A stretch of 63,268 bases of DNA, counting the filler, from Trichosphaerium sp. ATCC 40318 (lineage: Eukaryota > Protista > Tubulinea): assembly GCA_038496445.1 (NCBI GenBank). It is 3 parts of 3 records of this genome, joined end to end, with 100 filler letters (N's around TTAATTAATTAA, not from the genome) between each part and the next. Parts side by side here need not be neighbours in the genome. Positions count along the whole stretch, not along the records: positions 15,653 to 39,274 come from JALMLS010000241.1; 2 more parts are not named here. One strand, given 5' to 3'. The notes below the pieces were generated by a model, which worked only from the letters and a program-made list of their open reading frames with translations, was not told where the DNA came from and did no database searches. A program made the position numbers and the translations under genes. Every line of letters begins with the position of its first letter. The stretch's first letter is position 1. Of this stretch, positions 26,201 to 36,901 are shown piece after piece.

Positions 26201-26397
26201 TCAGTACGTTTGATGCAATCTCCGGGTATTGGCAGATCCGAATGCATGCAAATGATGCTGATAAGACAGCCTTTGCCACAGAGTGGGGTCTGTTCGAGTG
26301 CGTCGGTATGCCCTTTGGTCTTAAGAATGCGCAAGCAACTTTCCAAAGACATATGAACCTGATGTTGTCAGGCCTACTCTGGCAGACGTGTCTTTGA
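23221..26397 (+). pseudogene. gag-pol 5' part: Gag, CCHC zinc knuckle, RD/RS repeat, aspartic protease, N-terminal RT; in-frame TGA at 23992-23994
   Basis: ORFs 23221-23994 and 24016-26397 are in the same frame; CYRCGGIGHFQDVC, LMDSGA, WRFCIDFRQLN, MPFGLKNA. Confidence 0.92.
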
Positions 26398-26695
26398 GGT
26401 AATATCGTCGACGTAACAAAGAGGTGATAATAATATAATAGAGCAACCATACAGTGAGTACGTACACTGCTTTGACAGCCCTCCCTTTAACTACGTCTGC
26501 TCCCTATTTTTCCCTTTTCATATCTACCCTATCCTTCCTTTTTGATTCATTTTTTTTGCAGTTTATTCTCTATGCTTGTAGCTATCTGGTGTATAAATAT
26601 GAGCGCTGTATATTAGGTATTAACTCCTTGCTCAACACTTCTTTTTTCATTTCTTTTTTATTCTCTTTTTTTTTTTTTTTTTTTTTATTCTTTAT

Positions 26696-26897
26696 TTGCA
26701 TTCTACATTGTGTCTCTTTTTGTATTTCACATTGAGCATTCCACATTGTGTACCATATTGCATTCCACATTGTGCACCATACTGCATTCCACATTGTGCA
26801 CCACACTGCATTCTGCATTCCACATTTTGCATTCTACATTTTGCATTCCATTCCACATTGTGTACCATTTTGCATTCCATTCCACATTGTGTACCAC
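26696..26897. repeat. Subterminal minisatellite, about 24-bp unit TGCATTCCACATTGTG(T/C)ACCA(T/C)A
   Basis: About 8 full or partial tandem units read directly. Confidence 0.9.
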
Positions 26898-27102
26898 TTT
26901 CAGTGGTAAAATGAAAACGGGATTTTGGATATAAATCCCACTAAATTCCTTTGTTTTAGGGATTTTTAAGGTAATTTGTGAAGAATTCTTATTTTTATTT
27001 TTTTTTATAGCGGGATTTTTGATAGAATTACCATAATATTCCCTTAAATACAGAATTTTCAGAATTATTGTACAAAATCCACCAAATAATGTACTAATTT
27101 AG

Positions 27103-27170
27103 TTAGGGTTAGGGTTAGGGCTAGGGTTGAGGTTTATGAAAGTACAAATTAAGTTAGGGTTAGGGTTTAG
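27103..27170 (+). repeat. Interstitial telomere-like TTAGGG repeats inside the element
   Basis: TTAGGGTTAGGGTTAGGGCTAGGGTTGAGG ... TTAGGGTTAGGGTTTAG. Confidence 0.85.
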
Positions 27171-28012
27171 TTTTATATTTGCAAAAAACCATCGACACCT
27201 TAGGTACATAGGTTTTTCTAGTGAACAATATCCACATGCTATTATTAAAGGTGCAAAAACCAATGGTACAGGTTAAAGTGCGTTAATCCAAAAAGTAACG
27301 GAGAACACGTTTTAGGTGGTTTGGAAAATCACTTAAACATAAATATCTCTTACTTATCTGTTTTAGGATGATTAAAGCATTGCAACAGCCTTATTACACC
27401 ATTAAAGAATGTATTTAAAGCATTAACTCCAAGTACGTTGTTTTTAAAGCTTATTTCCACTTAATTTATCAAAAAACCCTACGCATTCTTAATTTAGCAT
27501 TTACAAACGCATTAACAATTGTTCAGGCTCTCAAAACCAAATGCGATCAAATTACTTCTTTCGTTTATGAAGACATGATGTATTTAACTTGTACGTGTTA
27601 TTTAGGATGTTTGTATTTTGTAATGAAATTATGATCAATAAATAAAATGACTTTGCACTAAATCTGAACCAAAGTATCGAAATAGTACAAATATTTTGTG
27701 TAATTGAAAAAGTATTTTTTATTGAAATCTACAAAAAATACATTAAGAAATGCTATAAAGAATACATAGAGAATTCTATATAAAATACATACACAATTCC
27801 AAAAGTAATACTTTAAGAATTCTATGGGTAATACTTATGGAATTTCATATAAATTCAATGGGAATTAAGGAAGAGTTTTTCCGTCTACTTTTCCCATAGG
27901 AAAACAGGGTGGATTACTTAAAAATTCCCATTTCTATTTTACTACTGTTGCATTCCACATATATCAATTTTATTATATACCATAAAACTTACTTTTATAC
28001 AACTGCAACATC

Positions 28013-29021
28013 ATGTCTCTACCTGCTTCCAGAACCAGATCTAAATCCGCCTCTCCAAAAAAAAGAAAGAGGTCTGTCTCTTCTCCTGCCAAAAGAAAGA
28101 CCCCTTCTAGTACAAGAGATTATACCTTGCCAACAATACACTCTGATTATGTAGATGAGTTTAGAAGCAAAATGTTCTCTCCTGTATTCACTAAATTGAA
28201 AAGAGATAAAAAAACCAAAAGAGTCAAGACCTGCAGAGCTTTGACAAAAGGACATGTGGACATATTAAAAGGTACCCACGGTGTAGATCAAATAGAAGGT
28301 TGGAGATTAAAATGCAAAATTTCTCCTGACTGCCAACTCAACAAGCATGAATGTTGGAGAAGTGACAAGTTTTGTGCAGAGGGTAATAGACCTATGGTTG
28401 ATTGGTCAAGTATGCAAACCAGGCTTTCTATGTACATTGTGCAGTTTTTGTTCTGGTACTTTTTTGATATGGAAGTGTATGACAGAGAAAGAGGAAAATG
28501 GGTGTTTTTCAATGAGTTTGAAAGAGGAGATATACATTATTCTCATAAATGTGGCAATGGTTGGTGTGTGAATCCCTGGCATCAAACATTGGAGCCTGAA
28601 TTTATGAATGCTCATAGAGAAATGTAAGTGAAAGGGTTTTTTAAATGATGTTAACATTGTTTTTTTTAGATGTCACAACAGAGTTAAATATGCAGATTGT
28701 TATCAATGTGTTGGTCATTATTGGAAAAAAGAAGATGGTACAATTATACAATTTCCTACTTGCTTGTTAAGGACCCATGACAAAGCATCAAAAGAAAGTT
28801 ACAAGCCTAAATATCCAGCATATATGATGACTTCAAGTGAGTATTTGTTATATACAGAAGAGCAGCTATTGGAAGAAAATGAAATAGTGAAGCCAATATT
28901 ACCTCCATGTCCTAAAGCCAAAGATTTAAGAACCAAAAAGATGCAAGGTACAATAATTGATCTACCAAAAACCACCAAGGGTAAAAAAGGAAAAAGAAAG
29001 GCTAGAAAGAACAGAAAGTAA
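28013..29021 (+). CDS. His-Cys box (His-Me finger) homing endonuclease, 320 aa; exons 28013-28623 and 28670-29021
   Basis: 46-nt GTAAGT...TTTAG intron; spliced product ECW...SHKCGNGWCVNPWHQTLEPEFMNAHREICHN...CYQCVGH...PTC matches the SHxCx4CxNPxH-E-N-R-C pattern of I-PpoI-family enzymes; basic NLS-like termini. Confidence 0.88.
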
Positions 29022-29304
29022 GACTTATAGGACCAACTACATAACTCAAACAATTTAATAAAACAACAAAAAAATCTACAATATAAAGTAAAAAAACCAA
29101 ACTAAAAAATAAAAAAAGTTAGATAATTTCGTGTGTATTTGACTAAATTTGACCAAACCAACTTTTTTGAAATCTACATAAAAAATAGGATAGGGTAGAT
29201 ATGAAAAGGGAAAAATAGGGAGCAGACGTAGTTAAAGGGAGGGCTGTCAAAGCAGTGTACGTACTCACTGTATGGTTGCTCATTATATTATTATCACCTC
29301 TTTG

Positions 29305-32071
29305 TTACGTCGACGATATTATAGTGTTCAGTAATACCTTTGAAGAACATCTAGTACACCTGAAATTATTGTTCAAGAGATTGGAGGAACATAACATGAA
29401 ATTGAAGGCGAAGAAATCAGTTTTATTTAAAGATCAAGTTGAGTTTTTGGGCCATATCGTGAGCGCTGATGGGATATCTACAAATCCTCGTATAACGGAT
29501 GCAATACAAAGAGCGAAAAGACCTACAAGTAAAGAAGAAGTAGCTCGCTGCTTAGGCCTTACAGGGTATTATCGCAAATTTGTACCGAAATACGCACAGA
29601 TTGTAGAACCGATCAATCGATTACGGAACAAAGACATCAAGTGGTACTGGGGTAAAGAACAACAAAAGGCTTATGAGAAAATCAAAGACCTGTTGTCATC
29701 ACCACCTATCTTGAAGCATCCAGACTTCTCAAAGCTGTTTGAAATTCATGTAGATGCCTCCAATGTAGCAGCTGGTGCAACGTTAGTACAGAGACATGGT
29801 AAAAGAGAACATGTCATTGCATATTTCAGCAAGACATTCTCTAAACCACAGAAGAATTATTCCACCATTGAGAGAGAGATGTTGGGTATCGTGTTAGCGT
29901 TAGAAGAGTTTAGAGGATACCTGTCGTTTGCTAAATTCAAATTGATTGTATACACAGATCACAAACCGCTACAATATTTACAGGATTTACCCAATCCTCG
30001 ACCTATGTTAGCAAGGTGGCTGTTAAAAATACAACAATTTGATTTCGTGTTAGTGTATAAAAAGGGTGTCACCCATACAGACGCGGATGCACTGACAAGA
30101 GCTCCGTGGGCACAAGAAGAGTTAAATGCTATATCGGATGATAGTATTAATCAATACTCATCACGAAGAATGGAAGCAGTGTCATTATGGCATAAAGATT
30201 ACTCATTTGAAGTAGACCATAGTGTGAAACAGGTGTTGAATGTATTAGAAAAAGAAAAGGAGACGGAACATATTAACTGGTCGGAGTGTCAGGCAAAAGA
30301 CCCTGAACTTACAGCATACATCCAGTTTTTAACTAAAGGAAAAGTCCCTCCATATGTCATGAAACAAAAGAACTTTAGAAGAGACGTGTTTGTTACCTTC
30401 ACTCGTAGATTAAAATATGACATGGATACAGGAGTACTGTACCATGTTAATAGATCACGAGGAGGGTTCGGAAACAAAGCACCATTACAAATAGTTGTAC
30501 CACAAGCTTTACAGCCATACATACTTCGACAATGTCATGATTTGCCTTTTGCAGGACATCTAGGATTTGTGAAGACATATGCTAAAGTAATACAACGATT
30601 TTATTGGGCAGGTGTATATTCAGACACAAAGGAATGGTGTCGTACATGTCGTTTGTGTCAGAGAGGTAAAATATCACGATTACCAAAACCAGGTTTTCTA
30701 GTGAATTTTCCGATACTGGAACCGATGCAATTGGTAGCTATGGATATTGTTGGACCCTTACCAGAGACACGTAAAGGCAACAAATATCTACTGGTGATCA
30801 CAGATCACTTTACTAAATGGGTAGATGTGTATGCAATACCTAGACATAAAGCAGTAGACGTAGCACCAATATTTGTGAAAGAGTTTTGTTTTCGGTATGG
30901 TATACCAAATAGAGTGTTGACAGATCAAGGAGGTGACTTTACAGGAGACCTCATGAAAGAAGTGTTCAAAATACTACGAATTGAAGGTAGTAGAACAGCA
31001 GCTTTCCATCCACAGACAGATGGACAGGTAGAAAGATTTAATCACACTCTAGTAGAAATTCTCAGAGCATTTGTTAATGAAAAACAAAATGACTGGGACT
31101 ACTGGGTACCATACGCGTTATATGCATACAGAACAGCAGTCCACCATGCAACTGGATATGCTCCATATGCAATGATGTTTGGCAGAGAACCCAGGTTACC
31201 CATAGATATGATATCTAACGAAATCATTGAGATTGAAGATAAATACAACATGGGTAATTGGGCAGAAGTGTTAGCACATAGATTGCGTTATGCATACCAA
31301 ATAGCGAGAGAACACATCCTCAAAGCTAAAAAGCAACAGGCGAAGTATTACAATGAACGAACACGTCATGTAAACTTTAAGCCAGGGCAGTTAGTGTATG
31401 TATTCGTACCTCAGGTGAAAGTAGGACAAAAACAGAAGTTAGCAAAACGATGGAGAGGTCCCTATGAGATTTTGGAGTTGATGGGTGCTAATACAGCATT
31501 GATCAATCTACCAGAAGCTAGTAGAATGAGTCGTGTCATTAACTTCAGACGCCTAAAACCATACATTGACTCATTTTTGAGACCGGAAGGGGCTCCGGAC
31601 AAAGATGAAGTAATGCGTAAGTTTGAAGGCAGAGAGGTAGAATTTCATGACCAAGACAGGAGTGAGAACTTCGTTGATGAGGAGGAGAGAGTATTAAGAG
31701 AGTCAGGAGATGAAATTACAGCCACGAAAGAGCTGACAAAGCAGATAAGAAGAGTGACGCAAGAAGATAAAGAGAGTAGGGAACCAGTAAAGGACTCACA
31801 AAGAGGATATGAACATCGGATAGACATCCTTTTAGAGCTATTGCGAGATGTGTTGCAATCAGCCAGGATAGTAACTAAAGATGATAACAAATCCATTGTG
31901 AAAAGTTTGATTGATAAAGGTAGCCCTTACATGCGAAGCAGTAGCACGCAGAAGGAGCTATTATCACAAATGTCCAAGTGTAATACAAATGGGAGTTTTA
32001 TTAAGTGGTTACAGAGGATTATAAAAGAAGAGAAAGAAGTGTTTAAAAGAGAGAGACGTTTACGAGACTAG
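29305..32071 (+). pseudogene. pol 3' part: RT (YVDD onward), RNase H, integrase (HHCC, DDE, GPY); no chromodomain seen
   Basis: YVDD, FLGH, DAS, YSTIERE, TDHKPL, H..AGH...CRLC, MDIVGP, TDQG, ERFN, WRGPY. Confidence 0.95.
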
Positions 32072-32218
32072 ATATAAATTGACCTCCATATTTATGGTTT
32101 AATGGTTGCTAAGGGTTTCCAATATCTCAGTCAAGTAAACAGCAAAGATAGAATTACGTGAACCAAAGAGTCATCTAAAACTGATGGAGTTCAACACTCT
32201 CACGTGAGGACACGCTCT

Positions 32219-32233
32219 AAAGAAAGAGGGGAG
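32219..32233 (+). promoter_or_regulatory. Polypurine tract
   Basis: AAAGAAAGAGGGGAG, 3 nt before the 3' LTR. Confidence 0.85.
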
Positions 32234-32236
32234 TTA

Positions 32237-32327
32237 TGTAAGGAGTAAATAATGTAACTTAATGTACATGAGCTCACTTAGAGGAGAATAAATTAGTTGA
32301 TATCACGTGACGGTTTTAGTCTTTACA
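32237..32327 (+). repeat. 3' LTR (91 bp)
   Basis: Identical to the 5' LTR. Confidence 0.95.
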
Positions 32328-33099
32328 ATTACGCACTCGAAAATTTACATGGGCGCCTTTCTTGCGAGCCTCTACAGTATACATTCTGTTTTTGTTTGTT
32401 ACCCGCCAACCGTTGGCTTGCATCCATTTTGAAAGGTCGTGGCCGGGGTGAGCTTTGTTGTATCCGGTGTACTTTCTTGTTTCTCGCAAATTGTAGACGT
32501 CCGTCATTGTGTTGTTAACCTAATATGTAGAAAATGCAGAAAACGTTTGAAAAGTACGCAAATTTCCAGTTGTGCTACACAGAAAAGCTGTTATTGGCGT
32601 TTGGCGTACCGACATCTCGTTGTTGAGACATAAAAAAAGGAGTCATTTCTTCCCACTTTTAAAGGAAAAGATCTTTCTACCGATCTTTTGACGTACGTGA
32701 CGCAACAATAGTAACCTGAATTACCCCTTCCAATGCAAGTGCACCCTGAATAAAATATGAAGTCGCATATTTTTGAGATCTCGATGTCTCTTTTTCACTG
32801 ACATTCATCTGACTTCGGTGTTCACCAATTGAACTTTTTGGTCATGTGAGTTTACAGTACTATGTTGTGGTACTGTTTGGACTGTTGCGCGCAGTTTTAA
32901 ACGGCTTTTGCGTTTAAAAGGTGTAGAACGAACTACGCTCTATCCCTAAATGGCCTCGTTGCTTTCACAACGAATTTTTCAGCTAGACAACAAAAACGGC
33001 CAGTAATTGTAAAGTGCAACTTTTGCTTTGTAGCCACAAAAGGGATCCGTACTACCTATTTGCAAGCGTGCCATATTATCGAAATAAACGAAAACGCAA

Positions 33100-36000
33100 G
33101 TCAAAAAATGGTCGTTGGTGGTATTAAAAATAGAAAACAAATTACAGTAAATGGAGTGCTGAAGCACAAGTTGATTATAATATGTCCAATTCGAATCAAG
33201 AGAAGAAACAACAGCAACTTGCAGTTTCTGGTATGTTTGTATTCCAATAAGATGTATCATAGTCCGTGGCTAACGTGTTCGTACAGTTATAGAAGCTCGA
33301 GGGCTATCTGGCAAGAAACAAGCCGGTGCGTACAAAAAAACCCAACTACGAGTAATTTTCGTTATAACCCCTTGCTCTAACACGATTTAGCGTCATGCAA
33401 TCCATTTTGTGTAGTTACATGCGGTAAAATGCATTTTAGAACGAAGGTAGCTAATCAAACCAACAAACCCGTTTGGAAGCAGCGATTTTTCTTGTACGTA
33501 TACGCCAAGCCTCTCGTGGTTTGTCTTTCAAAGCAATCAATTCCAAAAGCGAGAAAATGTCAACTTGAAGAAAACAAAAAGCAGAGAATTGTTGTTTGTA
33601 AGAATTTATACTACAAGCCTTTTCTATGAACACCACCCGATTGCATGCGCTTGTAATAATTTTTACTGACTGGTTGTTATTTTTGTAGCGCTGAAGACCT
33701 TGCCAAAAAAGACCAAACTCTCCTCGTTTCTGTATGGAATGGCGAAAGTAATTTTATGGGTCAAATAGAGTGCGCTATTTCGGAATTACCGGTAGAAAAC
33801 CCTGTTAAAGGATGGTACGAATTGCAAGGTCGGAATTTAGATGAGAAAGTAAGGGGTAAATTGCATCTGGAAGTGCTAATGAGCGATATGGTATGTATAG
33901 AGTGTTTGTGAGCGCCAAACGGCCGTTTTTCGTGAAGTGTCACAAATATCTTTTTTTTCTTTTATTCTCATTTTCTAACAGTCCAATTGTAGAGCGGTCG
34001 TAGTGCAGCGCGTAGCAAGGGTGTTACCATAGATACAGATGGTGGTGCTTATGGCACTAGTGGCGATGAAGGTAAATATTTTTCCTTTTTTTTTTTTTTT
34101 TTTGGAAAACTCTTTCGTAATTATTTTTGGCTTATTTGTTACGTAGCATCTGAAGGGGTTCAGGTTGCTTCTGCAGGTGGTACACCACGTAAAAGTAAAA
34201 AGAAATCAAAAAAAGATAAGAAAAAGTATAAACGTGGCAAGTCCAAAAGCAAGATCAAGAAATTGCGAATATTTAAACCTACAGGTATACCACTTATTTT
34301 TTTAACCCCTGTTTCTAACAAGAGTTTTTGTACAGAGTCCCAAACAGCTTCTACACGTTCACGTTCGCGTGCTTTCACAGCACCAACAGAGGGGTCTGCT
34401 AGAACTGGCACCAATAAAACTGCACATGCGGGTCACGATACTGATGGCGCAGGAGATACAACTGACGCTCATGAAGATTCTGATGATTCATCCTTCTCTG
34501 GCGATAAAACAAAAAAAGTAAAATATGACATGATGACACCTACTGCTCTTTCCGCGTACAAAGCCAAAGTTGATCAATTAGAACAACAACTCAAGGATCA
34601 GCGCTATTTATATGAAGAACAAAACCAATTAAAGGAAGAAAAAATAGCTAGGCTCACCACTGACCTAGAGAAGGAGCAACAACGTAACAACACCTTGAGT
34701 GTACGGATAGGATATTTTGTCAATGGCGTTATTTTTGCTTACGCAGTTCTGCTTAGAATAAGCTAGCACTTAAAGTGAAGCTCATCAGGGACTTAAAAAA
34801 TCGTACAGAAGAGTTACGCACTGAAGTAGATGAAGTGAAGCGTACTAGCATACATATAAGACGTGATTCGCTGCGTAAAGCGTCTTTGCGAGGGTTAGTA
34901 ATAACTAGTATTATTGGTTTGTAGTAAAAAAAAATATAACCGTTCGAGATAGGGTTCCACGTGATATCAACTCGTACTCGCAAGCTCATCCAGACTCAAG
35001 AATGTTACAAGAGCAGATTAAACGCGAACAAGAAACAACACGTAGTGTTGAAAAGCGATTGTTTGAAGTTATGGATAAGTACAATGCTCTAGTTGATATA
35101 ACCAACGAAAAAGCGCGGCAAGAAAGCATGCTTATGGGTAAGGTTCTCAGCCTAGAGTCAGAGCTTTCCATTGTACGTATTTCACATTTATTTTTGTTTT
35201 GTTTTCTTTTTGTTTTTTTTTTGGGGTGTAATTTGTTGAGTTAGGCACGAGAAGAAATTGAAGGAACTAAATACAAGCTCTCAACCAAAGACAAAGAGCG
35301 CATACAAAAAATATTCGATGACGGGCAATTGGCATTGCGCTCAGAGCTTGATGTGTCAAGAAAAGTACTTGGGCTTTTGTTTTTATTGAAAAAAAGCACC
35401 TCTCTATGGAACCCAGAGACTAACACACTATAGGCTCTAAGGCGTGAAGTAGCTTCTCTCCGAGCAGATACGCGTGAACCTGCAGCGCCTCGCGTTATTG
35501 TATCAGGGGCAAAACAACTGCGACCTAAATCTGGATTTGGTCCCACTGGTGGTATATCAGCTTATCACGTACACACGCCATTTTATATACCGCTATTCGT
35601 TGCGTGTTAAACTAACATAGATGTGTTTATAGGATGGTAGTGTGAGCGATAGTGGTCGTGTGGTGCACTCTGAAAAGTATATTATGCACCTGAAACAACA
35701 ACAAGAGACTCTCCAACAAAACTTGGAGTTTTTACTCAAAGAAAAGAATGAATTAGAGCATAAAAACGCTGGCATGTCAAATGAGTTGAAGCAATATAAG
35801 GTCATGGAGAGCGCTCGTTCTATGAAATCTGCTAATGGGAGTTTGTCTGATAGCATGCTAGATTCTGCACGGTACACTTTGTTTAATGAGCCTTAATGCT
35901 ATACGCTTTTTTTTTTGGTTCTTAATTTTCTTGCTTAATCACGTTATAGTCCTGCAGATGTTCGCGGCCGTAAGCTAAAGGCTATACCTATAAAGAATGA

Positions 36001-36467
36001 AGATAAGCGCAACAGGGTAAAGAAGCGCTTGGGTATGGGTATCTCTGCTAAGAGTACGTGCAAAAACTAATCACTTAGTATTGTACAAGCTAATGGTTTG
36101 TGTTAGTTAAGCTTGGCAAGAAAAAGCCTAGTGTAAAACCTAATGAGTCAGTACCTTGGCGTAAAACTCCAGCTACGATTGAAGACGATGAGCCTATTCT
36201 GCGACAGGGTAATCGTGTTGATTGGGATGTTGTTAGAAATGAAGCAGTATGTGCTATGAATCCAAAATGTGTATCTAACATAATGTGCTTAGTCGTACTG
36301 GTCTGGTGATGATTTCAATGACAGTGATGCAGGTGGGTATAGTAGTGGAGGTGCTTTTTTGGTGCTGCCAAAAGCATCTGATGAAGCATTTTCAGAAGAG
36401 TTTTCAGGAAGTGAAGAATCTGAAGAAGATGGCCGACTTTATGGTCGGCGATAGGCTTCCTATGTAG
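33100..36467 (+). CDS. C2-domain + coiled-coil protein, multi-exon (ends approximate)
   Basis: IEARGL, NPFCVVTCG..FRTKV..QTNKPVWKQRF, LLVSVWN..FMGQ, GWYELQ...VRGKLHL; long heptad-rich exons downstream. Confidence 0.7.
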
Positions 36468-36784
36468 TTGAGTACTTCACTTGTAATATTAGGGACTTTG
36501 TACAATAAAAAACACACATGCTGCTAATGAGTTGTTTAATAATGGTACTAATAATAACATTGATAGTTACATTATTTGTAAACAGTTGTAACAACTTTGG
36601 TTGTTAAACATAGCCTTAAATACAATTGCATACACTTACAAACCTTGCAGTATTGTAGTTGCTGTTAAGTGAAAGTACACAAGGGTGTAAAAAAAAAAAA
36701 TAGCCCAAAATAACCTTAAATGACATATTAAAACCTTGAACTAAGTAACATTTATTTTCAATAATCAGCAGATTCATGGTATAT

Positions 36785-36901
36785 CCTAATGATAATTAGG
36801 GTTGTAAACCTAACCCTAGCCCTAATTTACATTAGGGCTACAACCCTAACCCTAAATACAAACTAGGGTTCGTGCCCTAACCCTAATCGATATTAGGGCT
36901 A
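36785..36901. repeat. Telomere-like CCCTAA/TTAGGG cluster in mixed orientation
   Basis: AGCCCTAAT-TTAC-ATTAGGGCT and CCCTAAT-CGAT-ATTAGGG hairpins; CCCTAACCCTAA. Confidence 0.7.

Larger units (their letters stand above)
26397..29299 (+). mobile_element. TIR-bounded, transposase-less element carrying a His-Cys box endonuclease, inserted just before the RT YVDD codons
   Basis: TIRs 26422-26535 and 29187-29299 (AGGTGATAATAATATAAT..., one 1-bp indel); CTTTG duplicated at 26392-26396 and 29300-29304; removing element plus one TSD restores in-frame WQTCLCYVDDIIVFS. Confidence 0.92.
23101..32327 (+). mobile_element. Ty3/gypsy LTR retrotransposon, full length, inactivated by a gag stop and a nested insertion in RT
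   Basis: Identical TG...CA LTRs; ATTA TSD (23097-23100 and 32328-32331); PBS; PPT; domain order gag-PR-RT-RH-IN. Confidence 0.97.

Noticed and set aside
26696-26897. CRISPR-like array
   Set aside because: Units are contiguous with no unique spacers; eukaryotic context, no cas genes
26454-26934. Short His/Cys-rich ORFs (HSTLCT and MQCG repeats)
   Set aside because: Translations of the minisatellite and poly-T tract
27103-27170. True chromosome end
   Set aside because: Only a few degenerate units, internal to an element
26397-29299. Self-splicing group I intron hosting the endonuclease
   Set aside because: No recognisable P/Q/R/S core motifs by eye, no terminal omega-G, and TIRs plus TSD indicate DNA-level insertion; an Infernal scan would settle it
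29255-29304. N-terminus MYVLTVWLLIILLSPL of the 938-aa ORF as a real start or signal peptide
   Set aside because: It is TIR sequence with a GTG start that happens to be in frame with the RT remainder
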